From IMG/VR virus record IMGVR_UViG_3300021255_000031: DNA of 64,000 nucleotides; one strand, given 5' to 3'. Shown in pieces: positions 21,656-31,006 of the stretch. The notes beneath the pieces were generated by a model. The model had not been told where the DNA came from. It saw only the letters and a program-made list of their open reading frames with translations, and searched no databases. This stretch comes from a virus (Duplodnaviria > Heunggongvirae > Uroviricota > Caudoviricetes). Position 1 is the stretch's first letter, and each line of letters begins with the position of its first letter. Both the position numbers and the translations under genes were made by a program.

Positions 21656-22489
21656 ATTTTACAAAATCGATTAGTTGCTGCTTTGAAGTAAAAATATAAC
21701 CATTATCATAAGCATCAGTATCAAAGGTGGCGGCGATCATTTCTACATCTGGAATTTCTCCAAATTCATTTCTTGTAAAAATAAAGTGCTCTCCATCATC
21801 AATATCTGGATGAACTTCTTCCCAACCCATATCTTCACTATATGTCATTGGGAAAAAGTCATCAAATTCTCCCAAAGTTAAATAGCCCGCAACTCGTTCA
21901 TAAACAAAGCACCAAATTTCAAAGCGATGATTACCCATATAACGAACAAAATTAAAGTATCCTTCTTGCGGGTCGGGAAATGGTTGAACAAACCAAGTAT
22001 TAATATCAGCTAAATCATTTTCTGTCTCACAAGAAAATTCATCTAACATGTCATAATAGCCTACAATGGTATCTTTAGTAGGATAATATTCTTGTACTGT
22101 TTTTAAAGTCATAAACTACCTCACCAATCACATTCATAATATACATAAAGTCCTGCGGACTGTATTTCGTCCCAATGATAAAGAATATCGCATAAATCTT
22201 CTACACCTTTAAAATTATCCCAATAGTTAGCATTATGGATAGAAAAATCAATCATTTTTTCTATATCTTCTTTTTCTAGTTTTATATAATCACCACACTC
22301 GTATTCATCATGGAAACAAGCGTGTTCAAGATAATGATGTAAATTCCAAAATTTACGCTGATACCAAACTTCTCGTGGAATTTTCCACTTATCTTCTTCT
22401 TCAAAGTCTAGTTTTTCACCAGTCCAAAGCACGCCAGATTCAAGTTCTTTTTTAGAGTGTGCGGTATAAAGATAGGCGTCCATTCCCAT
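21642..22489 (-). other. Two acidic hypothetical ORFs (21642-22112, 22121-22489)
   Basis: ORF track; the second starts with the common phage MGMDAYL...WRK-type motif. Confidence 0.5.
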
Positions 22490-22533
22490 TTTATCTCTTC
22501 CTTTCCTTTTCCTATAATTATTATACTATAATT

Positions 22534-23256
22534 TTATTTTGAAGTCAAATAATTCGCAGCAAGTCCATCTTTATAAATAAATAAATTTTCTGTTGCTTCA
22601 CGCGTTTTTCCACGAATATTATAATTTATATCAAGCGACCAAATTGATTTAAAATCTTCTGGTGCAGTTTGCTCGCTTATAAAAATATAATTACTTTTAG
22701 ATTGTTCGCGCGCCCATTGCCAAAATTTTTCATTATCGAACTTTTGATAATTATAATTATGTGTATTATTATATGGTGGATCACAATAAATTAAACTCAT
22801 TGGTGGTAGAATTATATCAATATAATCTGAACAAATGAAGTTAATATCTTTTATATATGGTAAATCTTTTTTACAGTTTTTTATGCGTCCATTATAGCGA
22901 GAACCTGTTTTATCATAGCCAGCTGGAAAACCACCTGTCATATTGCTACAAAAAATTGATACCAAACCAATATACCATTCGCGCATTTCTTCTCCGCTTT
23001 TACATCTATCCCATTCTTCACGAGAAGGATAGGGTGGAAATTCAAAATTTGGATTGGCTTGAAGGTATTTCCATAATTCAATTAAGTGTTGATTTTTATC
23101 TAACCCAAAGCGAGTTTCACAAACAATATTTTTTATAATATTTGCTCCTCCAACAAACGGTTCGATATATGTTTTTATTTTATTGTCATTAATACATTTT
23201 TGTAGTATAGGGCAGATATATTTTGCGTATCTTGCTTTTGAACCTTGATAAGTTAT
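22534..23256 (-). CDS. DNA adenine methyltransferase (Dam/D12 class), apparent AUA start
   Basis: Frame is open 270 nt upstream of the ORF-track ATG: ITYQGSKAR...EPFVGGAN (motif I), then IYCDPPY (motif IV). SD AAGGGG is 8 nt before ATA at 23256, with an in-frame TAA just upstream. Confidence 0.85.
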   Translation of the reverse strand: MTYQGSKARYAKYICPILQKCINDNKIKTYIEPFVGGANIIKNIVCETRFGLDKNQHLIELWKYLQANPNFEFPPYPSREEWDRCKSGEEMREWYIGLVSIFCSNMTGGFPAGYDKTGSRYNGRIKNCKKDLPYIKDINFICSDYIDIILPPMSLIYCDPPYNNTHNYNYQKFDNEKFWQWAREQSKSNYIFISEQTAPEDFKSIWSLDINYNIRGKTREATENLFIYKDGLAANYLTSK

Positions 23257-23296
23257 AAAATCATCCCCTTAAATTAATATAAGGATAAGAAGCAGT

Positions 23297-24595
23297 TTAG
23301 GCTGCTTCTTTATCCCTTAAAACAAGATTTAGAATGATACCGGTTACAATGGCTAGACAGATACCAGTAATATTAAAAGTACCTGCGGTAATAGCTAGTC
23401 CGGATGTACCAACCATCAACATTATTGCAAAAATCCACATATTTTTTTGATTATCAAAGTCAATTGTAGTTTGTCTTAGATATTTAATAGCAGACGCACC
23501 TATCATACCATAACAGCAAATACTCGCGCCAGCAAACACAGCATTAGGTAATGCTAGAATAAAGCTACTAAAAGGACCAAAAAATCCTAAAATAATTAGT
23601 TCTATTGCGGCCAATAAAGTAACATAAACGCTAGCGCATTTGCTAATCAAAATTGTAGATAAATTTTCAGTATAAGTTGTATTGGGCTGCGCGCCAATTA
23701 TTGTACCAATAAATGACCCAATGCCATCGCCAAATAAAGTCCTATGCAAGCCTGGATCAGTAAGGAAGTCACGCTCACAAATATTAGAGGCGTTAATTAC
23801 ATCTCCTAAATGTTCGGCTAACGCTCCAAGAGCCACAAGACTAAAACTAATTAAGATTTGAGGAATTACATTCCAATCAAATGTATTAAATGATACATGC
23901 ATAAACGCGAAGTCGGGGATAACAAATAATTTCATATTTTGGAAGTGTGATAAATCTACCAAATTTTTAATTCCAAGCAGAGCAAGAATAATACTCACAA
24001 TATATCCGCCTAGTACGCCAAATAAAATTGGCCACCGTCTAATTAGCCCTTTACCATAAAAAGCACATAGTAGAACTAATACCATTGTAAAGAACATAAT
24101 ACCGATGCCGAGCAAAGAATATTTACCATTAACTTGTGCATAAGTAGGAATAAAAAATCCTAGTTGAATAGAGATAATCAAAATAATTGCACCGGACATT
24201 ACTGGAGTAATTATTTTTGTAATCCAATTTACACCAAATTTTTTCACTAAAAGAGCGGCAATACTATAAATAATTGCTATAGTTAAACCGCCTATCATTA
24301 CTCCTAAAAAATTTTTTTCTACTGGGCCGGCTAAAGCAATTGCTCCAATTACCGCAGAAACTGTAGCACCACTATTAGAAATTACTAATGGAGCACGAAA
24401 TTTTGTTATTCCTAGGAAAAATATTGTTGAAACACCAGCAGCGACAAGGCCAGCAGTAAGATTTGTACCGCAAATAAGAGCGATTAATAGTGTTGCAGTA
24501 ATGCATGAAAACATTACTTGTAAAGAATAACCAAGTACTTCTTTTATTGTTTTTGGCTTTTCATTAATGTGATAGATTAAATTTGTATTATTCAT
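23297..24595 (-). CDS. NCS2-family uracil/xanthine permease (UraA/PyrP-like)
   Basis: Multiple TM helices; EHLGD, GDGIGS, QPNTTYTEN signature. Confidence 0.88.
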   Translation of the reverse strand: MNNTNLIYHINEKPKTIKEVLGYSLQVMFSCITATLLIALICGTNLTAGLVAAGVSTIFFLGITKFRAPLVISNSGATVSAVIGAIALAGPVEKNFLGVMIGGLTIAIIYSIAALLVKKFGVNWITKIITPVMSGAIILIISIQLGFFIPTYAQVNGKYSLLGIGIMFFTMVLVLLCAFYGKGLIRRWPILFGVLGGYIVSIILALLGIKNLVDLSHFQNMKLFVIPDFAFMHVSFNTFDWNVIPQILISFSLVALGALAEHLGDVINASNICERDFLTDPGLHRTLFGDGIGSFIGTIIGAQPNTTYTENLSTILISKCASVYVTLLAAIELIILGFFGPFSSFILALPNAVFAGASICCYGMIGASAIKYLRQTTIDFDNQKNMWIFAIMLMVGTSGLAITAGTFNITGICLAIVTGIILNLVLRDKEAA

Positions 24596-24815
24596 CAGTT
24601 TTCTCCTTTAATTCCATAAATATTTTAACGATTTGATTGATTGATTCGTCGATATGCGACAAGTATTACAAAAACGACAATAGGCATCTTTCCTATCTCT
24701 AGTTATATATGTAGTATATTTATTAATTGGTCTAGTACAACAAAGATAACTAGTTTCTTCCGTGCGGCCGCAGGGATAGGGGCCATGGATAATCTTATAG
24801 AAAAAGTGAATAATT

Positions 24816-25337
24816 TTATTCATTTTTATATTCCTTTTCCTTTTCTTTAATAAAAGCAATGGCATCATCTATATTGCTTACTAAAATACCACTCTGTTTA
24901 ATTAATCCGGTTACATATAAATTCTGATAGCTATATTGCTGTTCTCCAAGAGCCGAGGCGCCGCCCGCATTTTTCGCTTCGCTATGTGTTAGGTAGCACT
25001 GCCTATTATCAGTACAGATACCAACTATATACTTGTGGTCTCCTCGTCTAATTTTTTCACGCATAACACCGATTTCTGCACTGGTGCCCGCAGGAATAAT
25101 ATCGCCATCAATACAAGCAACAAGAATATCTGTATTGTCTAAACGGGCGTTGTCTCCATTCGCGATTAATTGAGAATCGGCAAACTTCTTTTTTCCTTCT
25201 GTTCCATTTATATCTGTATTTTCTATTGGTGAATATAAATCTACATTAGGAATTGCTCCTCGAATTTTTCGCGCCCATTCAGTGTTTCGTAAAACATCGC
25301 CATAATAAAAAATCGAACCAGCTAAATAAATTTTCAT
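24816..25337 (-). CDS. Nucleoside 2-deoxyribosyltransferase family protein
   Basis: KIYLAGS...YSP...D...DILVACIDG...GTSAEIG. Confidence 0.8.
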   Translation of the reverse strand: MKIYLAGSIFYYGDVLRNTEWARKIRGAIPNVDLYSPIENTDINGTEGKKKFADSQLIANGDNARLDNTDILVACIDGDIIPAGTSAEIGVMREKIRRGDHKYIVGICTDNRQCYLTHSEAKNAGGASALGEQQYSYQNLYVTGLIKQSGILVSNIDDAIAFIKEKEKEYKNE

Positions 25338-25695
25338 ACTATCATTCTCCTATTTTTCTTTTATTATAACATAAATTTAATCAAAAGTCAAATATAAAAA
25401 GAAAAGAGGGAGACCGAAGTCTCCCAAAATTATTATTTAGGTGAGCCGCTATCATCATCATCGTCTTGTGTATAGTAGTCTGGGTCTTCAAATTGATAAT
25501 AGTAGTCTTCCCAAGCTGAGTCATCGCTGGTATAACCATCCGCAAAGTTTTGAATAATATTCCCGAGCAGTTTAAAAGCTTCAGGGCTTACGATCGAATT
25601 GTGCAATAATGCTTGCATAATCTCAATTCGTACATCTGGATAAGATGTTTTTTCTTTTGGCGTAAAATCAGTTGCCATATATTTTTCCTCCTCTA

Positions 25696-26925
25696 TTAAT
25701 CCATTAAATCAGCCATAGCTGCTGTTGCGCTACGTTCAGTTTTGATTAATTTAACCATACCAAATAATGGATTATTTTTTAATCTATTAATCATTTTTGG
25801 AATACCGCTATCAGATTCATTTTTATAATCACACTGTTTTACATCCGCACAAAAAATAATTTCACTATTTTCTGCTACTCGACCCAATAATAGTTGAATA
25901 TTCGTAGATAAAAGATTTTCTGCTTCATCTACTAAGATAATACAATTTTTTAAATCGCGGCCGCGCAATGTTGATAAATGTGCTGGTTCAATGATTCCGC
26001 TAGTAAGATATTCTTCAAATTTTTGCGTGCCAATATGGTCTTCTATTTGTCGCAACCAAGGATACTGTTTATCTGTTTCATTGCCAGGCAATGTTCCGAG
26101 TATTCCTGCGCCCTTTACCTCTAAGTTATTTTTTACAAAAATTAATTTATCAAAGCGTCCATTTTGCAATTCATGTAAGGCGTAATTTAAAGCTAAAAAT
26201 GATTTGCCAGTGCCGAATTTTGCTACACATAATTTAACTGGTATATTTTTATTCTGTAATAAATCAAGATACATTTTTTGTTCTAGATTGCGGGGTTTAA
26301 TTTGTTCTCCTATAATTGAAGTGAAATTTTGATATTTTAAATTGCGATACTTTGTTCCATCCCAAAATAAAATATCTTTTAAATTATCTTCTTCATAAAT
26401 TTCAACAAATTCATTAGTTTTACAGTTAAAAATATTTTTTGTTAAATCTGAATATAATTCAATAAATTGTTGTTCCGACGGAAAAACTTTTATCCAACCA
26501 TTATATTCATAATCTTCGGCTTGGTTGTCTTTAATTAAAGTAACGGTTAAATTATTAACTTGCTTTGCTAATAAGAATTGACAAGTATCCTTTGTAATAA
26601 AATTGACTGTATTTGTTTTGGTAAGTAAAAAAGCCTCACAAATAAGTTGATGGTCAATAATATTTGTTAAAAAAGGAAATTTTTTTAAAGTTTTTTCTAT
26701 TTTTTTATTATTTGGTATTACCTTTATTATTGACCTAAAATTTAAAATATCTCGCGCAGCTTGCCGAGCGAGATATTTAATATGTTCTAGTTTATTGCTA
26801 TTTTTAATGTTTTCAAGTTCAGATAATACCAATGCACTAATATAGACATTTTGATATTTAGTATAAGCTCCATCAAGCACTGCCGAAGTATCTAAAAAAT
26901 TAATGTTCTCCATTAATATCGCCAC
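25696..26925 (-). CDS. phoH: PhoH-like ATPase with N-terminal PIN domain
   Basis: FLDTSAV (PIN), AKFGTGKS, LRGRDL, VDEAEN, ADVKQCD. Confidence 0.88.
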   Translation of the reverse strand: MAILMENINFLDTSAVLDGAYTKYQNVYISALVLSELENIKNSNKLEHIKYLARQAARDILNFRSIIKVIPNNKKIEKTLKKFPFLTNIIDHQLICEAFLLTKTNTVNFITKDTCQFLLAKQVNNLTVTLIKDNQAEDYEYNGWIKVFPSEQQFIELYSDLTKNIFNCKTNEFVEIYEEDNLKDILFWDGTKYRNLKYQNFTSIIGEQIKPRNLEQKMYLDLLQNKNIPVKLCVAKFGTGKSFLALNYALHELQNGRFDKLIFVKNNLEVKGAGILGTLPGNETDKQYPWLRQIEDHIGTQKFEEYLTSGIIEPAHLSTLRGRDLKNCIILVDEAENLLSTNIQLLLGRVAENSEIIFCADVKQCDYKNESDSGIPKMINRLKNNPLFGMVKLIKTERSATAAMADLMD

Positions 26926-27517
26926 CTTCTATACGATCTACTAATCCTAATTCAAGCATTTCTTCTGCTAGAAGGAACCACTGATGGCGTGCTTTAGAAT
27001 CATATAATTCTTCTGTAATCTTCGTATGTGTTACTATAAAATGCTTAAACTTTTCATCCATTAATTCATTAAAGGCCATAATATCTGTTACAGACTTTGA
27101 TTCTGTTGGATCAAAAGCAATCTGACCATCATGGATAAGACCATAAGAACTACTATAACAAACACGTGTAATATTATCATTTTTTCCGCCAGCAGCTAAA
27201 ATTAAAGTCGCCATAGATGCGGCATAGCCGCAAACAATGATATAAAGCTTTTTTGAATAACCTGCTAAATAATTAGCAAGAAAAAAACCATCTGACACGC
27301 TGCCGCCAACAGAATTTAGTATAAGTGTTACTGGCTCATCACTATCATCATTCTCAAAATCTCTAAGAGGCAAATATACTTTTTCTACAATATTACTCGC
27401 AACCGCTTCATTCATAACAATGGTGCGATGATTTATTAGCTGATTTAAATATTGATAGTCTTCAATTGAAAGACCGCTAGTTATTAGTTCGAGTAAATCT
27501 GAAAGACTAAATTCCAT
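26900..27517 (-). CDS. ClpP-like serine protease
   Basis: LILNSVGGSV, YAASMA, GLIHD, AEEMLELGLVD. Confidence 0.85.
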   Translation of the reverse strand: MEFSLSDLLELITSGLSIEDYQYLNQLINHRTIVMNEAVASNIVEKVYLPLRDFENDDSDEPVTLILNSVGGSVSDGFFLANYLAGYSKKLYIIVCGYAASMATLILAAGGKNDNITRVCYSSSYGLIHDGQIAFDPTESKSVTDIMAFNELMDEKFKHFIVTHTKITEELYDSKARHQWFLLAEEMLELGLVDRIEGGDINGEH

Positions 27518-27547
27518 AGATTCCTCCTTATTGTTCTACAGAACAAA

Positions 27548-28684
27548 TTAATTTTCTTTTGCGAGAATTTTAGCAAGCGTACAGTCTTCAGGGTTTAAAT
27601 CATCTTTTCGTATCTTCTTCAGATAAGGATGTCGAATAGATACACCAACGCCTTCTGTATTCGCGCCGGCAGTTGAAACCATCATGCCGCCAACGGTTAC
27701 AGGACATAGATACCACTTGTTAAAATTATCGCGTAAATCTATCTTAAACTCATCTGTAAGACCTGCGATCGCACAGAGAGGAATAAGCGTTTTATTTTTG
27801 TCATAGACACTGACTTGAATAGCGCCGCAAAATCCATTAAAATAATTGCGACTAACAGGAGTATATGGCTCACCCTGTTGATAAGCTCCAAAATATTCTC
27901 CTAATACAAGTTGGCCCGTTCGTGAATTTTCCCAAAATTCCCAATGTCCTATATCTTTTCCATTATACATTTTTTCACACGGAATAAGACCAGTAATTAC
28001 TGCATCAACATCATTAGAAATTTCCTGCTTAACTTTGCAACTTTCCCATGCGTGCGGCCCACGCTTACCTGGTTCATACTTTGCATTCTTTTTATACACA
28101 ACTGCACCTTCACCGCCAGCAGCGAAAATATCATTCATCTTGTCAAAGAAGGTTTCATCCATTGGCTCATATTTTACTCCTTCAACAAGTGGAGAATTAA
28201 TTTGTGCGACGACTCTGGGAATATAAGAAACACGCTCTTCTACTCCACAATTAATAAGCTCTTTACCTTCATAACAAAGAACATCAAAAATGCGCCAGTG
28301 AAGCGGATTACCTTTTTGACGATTAATAGCCTTATCGGTAAGACAACGCAAAATACTGCCAATATCTCGGTCAATGTCTCCATCTCGAAAAACTTCTCCG
28401 AGAATTACCGTAGGTTTAGAAAAGGCTTTTACGACATCATCCCAAAACAATACTTTGTCTTGTATTTCTCCATAAGTATGAGTTTTAACACTAATACCAC
28501 GAGTTTGGAGGACACTGCGTTCAGGAGTAACAATGGCGCGAGCCCAATTACCATCTGTTTTAAGACTCATAATATATTCATTAGAACTTGCCATCTGCTC
28601 TAGTTTTCGATGAAAAGCTTCCCTACTCATAGAGGCTGCGGGCGCGTAATATTTCATTGGCTCCATTGTAAAAAAATCAGTCAT
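27548..28684 (-). CDS. ATP-dependent DNA ligase
   Basis: KTDG, ILGEV, FDVL, EGAVVYK...YEPGKR...CKVK; OB-fold with RHP. Confidence 0.85.
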   Translation of the reverse strand: MTDFFTMEPMKYYAPAASMSREAFHRKLEQMASSNEYIMSLKTDGNWARAIVTPERSVLQTRGISVKTHTYGEIQDKVLFWDDVVKAFSKPTVILGEVFRDGDIDRDIGSILRCLTDKAINRQKGNPLHWRIFDVLCYEGKELINCGVEERVSYIPRVVAQINSPLVEGVKYEPMDETFFDKMNDIFAAGGEGAVVYKKNAKYEPGKRGPHAWESCKVKQEISNDVDAVITGLIPCEKMYNGKDIGHWEFWENSRTGQLVLGEYFGAYQQGEPYTPVSRNYFNGFCGAIQVSVYDKNKTLIPLCAIAGLTDEFKIDLRDNFNKWYLCPVTVGGMMVSTAGANTEGVGVSIRHPYLKKIRKDDLNPEDCTLAKILAKEN

Positions 28685-28732
28685 ATTTTTCTCCTATTCT
28701 CATAAGATATATTTATTATATCACAAATTATT

Positions 28733-29296
28733 TTATATGTCAAGAGATAAATCTTCACCAATTTTTACTGCGGCTTTAGCAAATTCTAATAAGTTGTAAT
28801 TACTAATTATTTTGGTGAAATCAGTATATGTATCAAGAGCAATCTCGCCCTCATTTTGCTTTTGCCCTTCATTTAATTTAGGATTATCCCATACCGTTCC
28901 ATTAGAGTTATATCTTACAATACGGTAAGTCAATACCGTTGGATTATATTGTTTTACAACTTCTATTTCATTAGGATAACGATTGTCTGGGATAAGAATA
29001 AAGTCAAAACCAAAATAATCGCCCATTACTCGCGCGCATTCTGCTGTAATACGAGCCCAATAATCTGGATCAAACTGCCGAAAAGAATTGTTTCCGATAT
29101 CTTGTAAGAGCTGGCGCCCGGCAATATCCTTGTTGCCATCCCAATTAAAATACATTTTGGCATAAATTTTTACCAAATCAGCAAAATGTAGAATTAAAAC
29201 CTTCTTGTTATTTTTTTCAAGACCATATTTTAAACTTTCAGCAAAAGTATCTTTGCCATGACCTGCTTTTCCACTAATTAGAATTATTGTCGCCAT
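28733..29296 (-). CDS. Deoxynucleoside monophosphate kinase
   Basis: ISGKAGHGKD, FADLVK, RQLLQDIG, IPDNRYPNE. Confidence 0.8.
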   Translation of the reverse strand: MATIILISGKAGHGKDTFAESLKYGLEKNNKKVLILHFADLVKIYAKMYFNWDGNKDIAGRQLLQDIGNNSFRQFDPDYWARITAECARVMGDYFGFDFILIPDNRYPNEIEVVKQYNPTVLTYRIVRYNSNGTVWDNPKLNEGQKQNEGEIALDTYTDFTKIISNYNLLEFAKAAVKIGEDLSLDI

Positions 29297-29816
29297 TATG
29301 ATTAAGCTCCTCTAATTTTAATTGAAAATAAAAATCCATAAACTGTTTATCTTCATCTGAATTTAATAACTGTTTTGTTTGAATTAGAATTTTTTGAGCT
29401 TCAAGAAAATTAGATGAAGCAATTGCCATATCAACTAAAGTTTGTATAGCTTGTTTAATTTCTACGCTTATATTACTAAATAGTTCCATCTTTTTTCTCC
29501 TTGTTAATAGCAGCATTAATAATGTCAAAAAAAGCCCTTACTTCTTCTTCAGTTTCTAATTGTATTTTTTTAACTTTAGGTGATGGCACCCTATCTTCAA
29601 TTGGCGGCATTTCAAAAATGTAATAATGCTCCTCTCCAAATCTATCATTTGTAAAAAAAGTTTCTTTCGTACAAAGTAATTTATTATTAGTTTTACTATA
29701 TACTTTTGTCCATTTTATTCCTTCGTTTTGCTCTTCTTTGATAATTTTAGCGTTTTTATTAATCTGGTCTAAAAAACCTTTATAATCTTCACGCTCTACT
29801 TCATAAACATTTTCAA

Positions 29817-30338
29817 TCATATTTTTTGCTCTCCACGCCAATTGCGCTTTAAATTTTCTGCTTCTTTTTGGACTAGTTCATCACATTTATTGTTCCAAAA
29901 ATTATCAGCATGTCCTTTTACTTTTCTAAAGGTATACCAAAAATTGTCAAAAAATGGTATAATATTCCACCATAAATCTTGATTTGCGACCGGTTCTTGT
30001 TTTGTATTTACCCAGCCATTATGCATCCAATTTATATACCAATTTTGCGTATAACAATTTATGACATAAGCAGAATCGCTATAAATAATAACTTTTTCGC
30101 TGGGGCGTCTAATAGTTTGAATATATTTTAAAGCCTCCGAAACCGCAGTAAGTTCCATACGCTGGTTCGTAGTTTTATATTCACTACCAGACGCCTCATA
30201 AATTTCTTTTCCATCAAGTATAACTAAATAACCCCAACCGCCGAAAGTCATTTCTTTTCCAACCTTTTTACATGACCCATCGGTATAAATTTCTATATTT
30301 ATAATTTTTTCTTTACTTCGGCGTTCAGTATTATTCAT
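29817..30338 (-). CDS. rnhA: Ribonuclease HI
   Basis: IYTDGSC, TTNQRMEL, YSDSAY, NQDLW, KVKGH, NNKCD. Confidence 0.93.
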   Translation of the reverse strand: MNNTERRSKEKIINIEIYTDGSCKKVGKEMTFGGWGYLVILDGKEIYEASGSEYKTTNQRMELTAVSEALKYIQTIRRPSEKVIIYSDSAYVINCYTQNWYINWMHNGWVNTKQEPVANQDLWWNIIPFFDNFWYTFRKVKGHADNFWNNKCDELVQKEAENLKRNWRGEQKI

Positions 30339-30394
30339 TATACTTCTCCTTTTTCTTTTTTTTAATTATAGCATAAAATAAGAAAAAAGTCAAA

Positions 30395-30604
30395 TTACTG
30401 CTGTTGCTCTTCTTTTAATTCTGGCAAGCCAGCGACACTGGTTAAGAGACTTAGAATTCCGGCGAGTAAAGACGCGGATGCTACTGCTACCCAATTAACT
30501 TCAGAAAAAACTATAGAAGTTCCAATGGTAGCTACAGCTGTCTGAGCGACAGTTTTAATCGCGCGGATACCCGCAGCTTTAATCCAATTTTTAAAATTAC
30601 TCAT
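30395..30604 (-). CDS. Phage holin (r1t-like)
   Basis: WIKAAGIRAIKTVAQTA...SLLTSVAGLPE. Confidence 0.85.
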   Translation of the reverse strand: MSNFKNWIKAAGIRAIKTVAQTAVATIGTSIVFSEVNWVAVASASLLAGILSLLTSVAGLPELKEEQQQ

Positions 30605-30992
30605 CTTTTGTATTTCCCTCCTGTTGGTATTGAAGCTCTTCTGCTAAAAAAGTTTTATTTTCTTTTTTTTCGCTATAGAGTTTATCAATATATTTATATT
30701 CTATATTGAAAACTCCATTTTCATCATGAGTTCGTTCTAATAAAATTTTATATTTATCATTGAGCGCGATAATATGTTCAAATTCATCCCTCGTATGATT
30801 ACGGCCATTATGACATGAATTAGCAAAATCTAGAATTTCATATCGAATTCTATCTTTTTCATTTTGGTCAATTTTTTTATCTTGCTCTTTAATGGCAAGC
30901 TTTAATTCCATAAGTTCTTGTTTAATGTCTATTGTAATAGACTTCATAGCTTGATTTACAATTTTTGTAATCCAAGCAACTATTTTTCCCAT
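30597..30992 (-). CDS. Hypothetical lysis-module-associated protein
   Basis: RIRYEILDFAN...Y...NG pattern, common next to holins. Confidence 0.45.
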   Translation of the reverse strand: MGKIVAWITKIVNQAMKSITIDIKQELMELKLAIKEQDKKIDQNEKDRIRYEILDFANSCHNGRNHTRDEFEHIIALNDKYKILLERTHDENGVFNIEYKYIDKLYSEKKENKTFLAEELQYQQEGNTKDE

Positions 30993-31006
30993 ATTTTATT
31001 CCTCCA

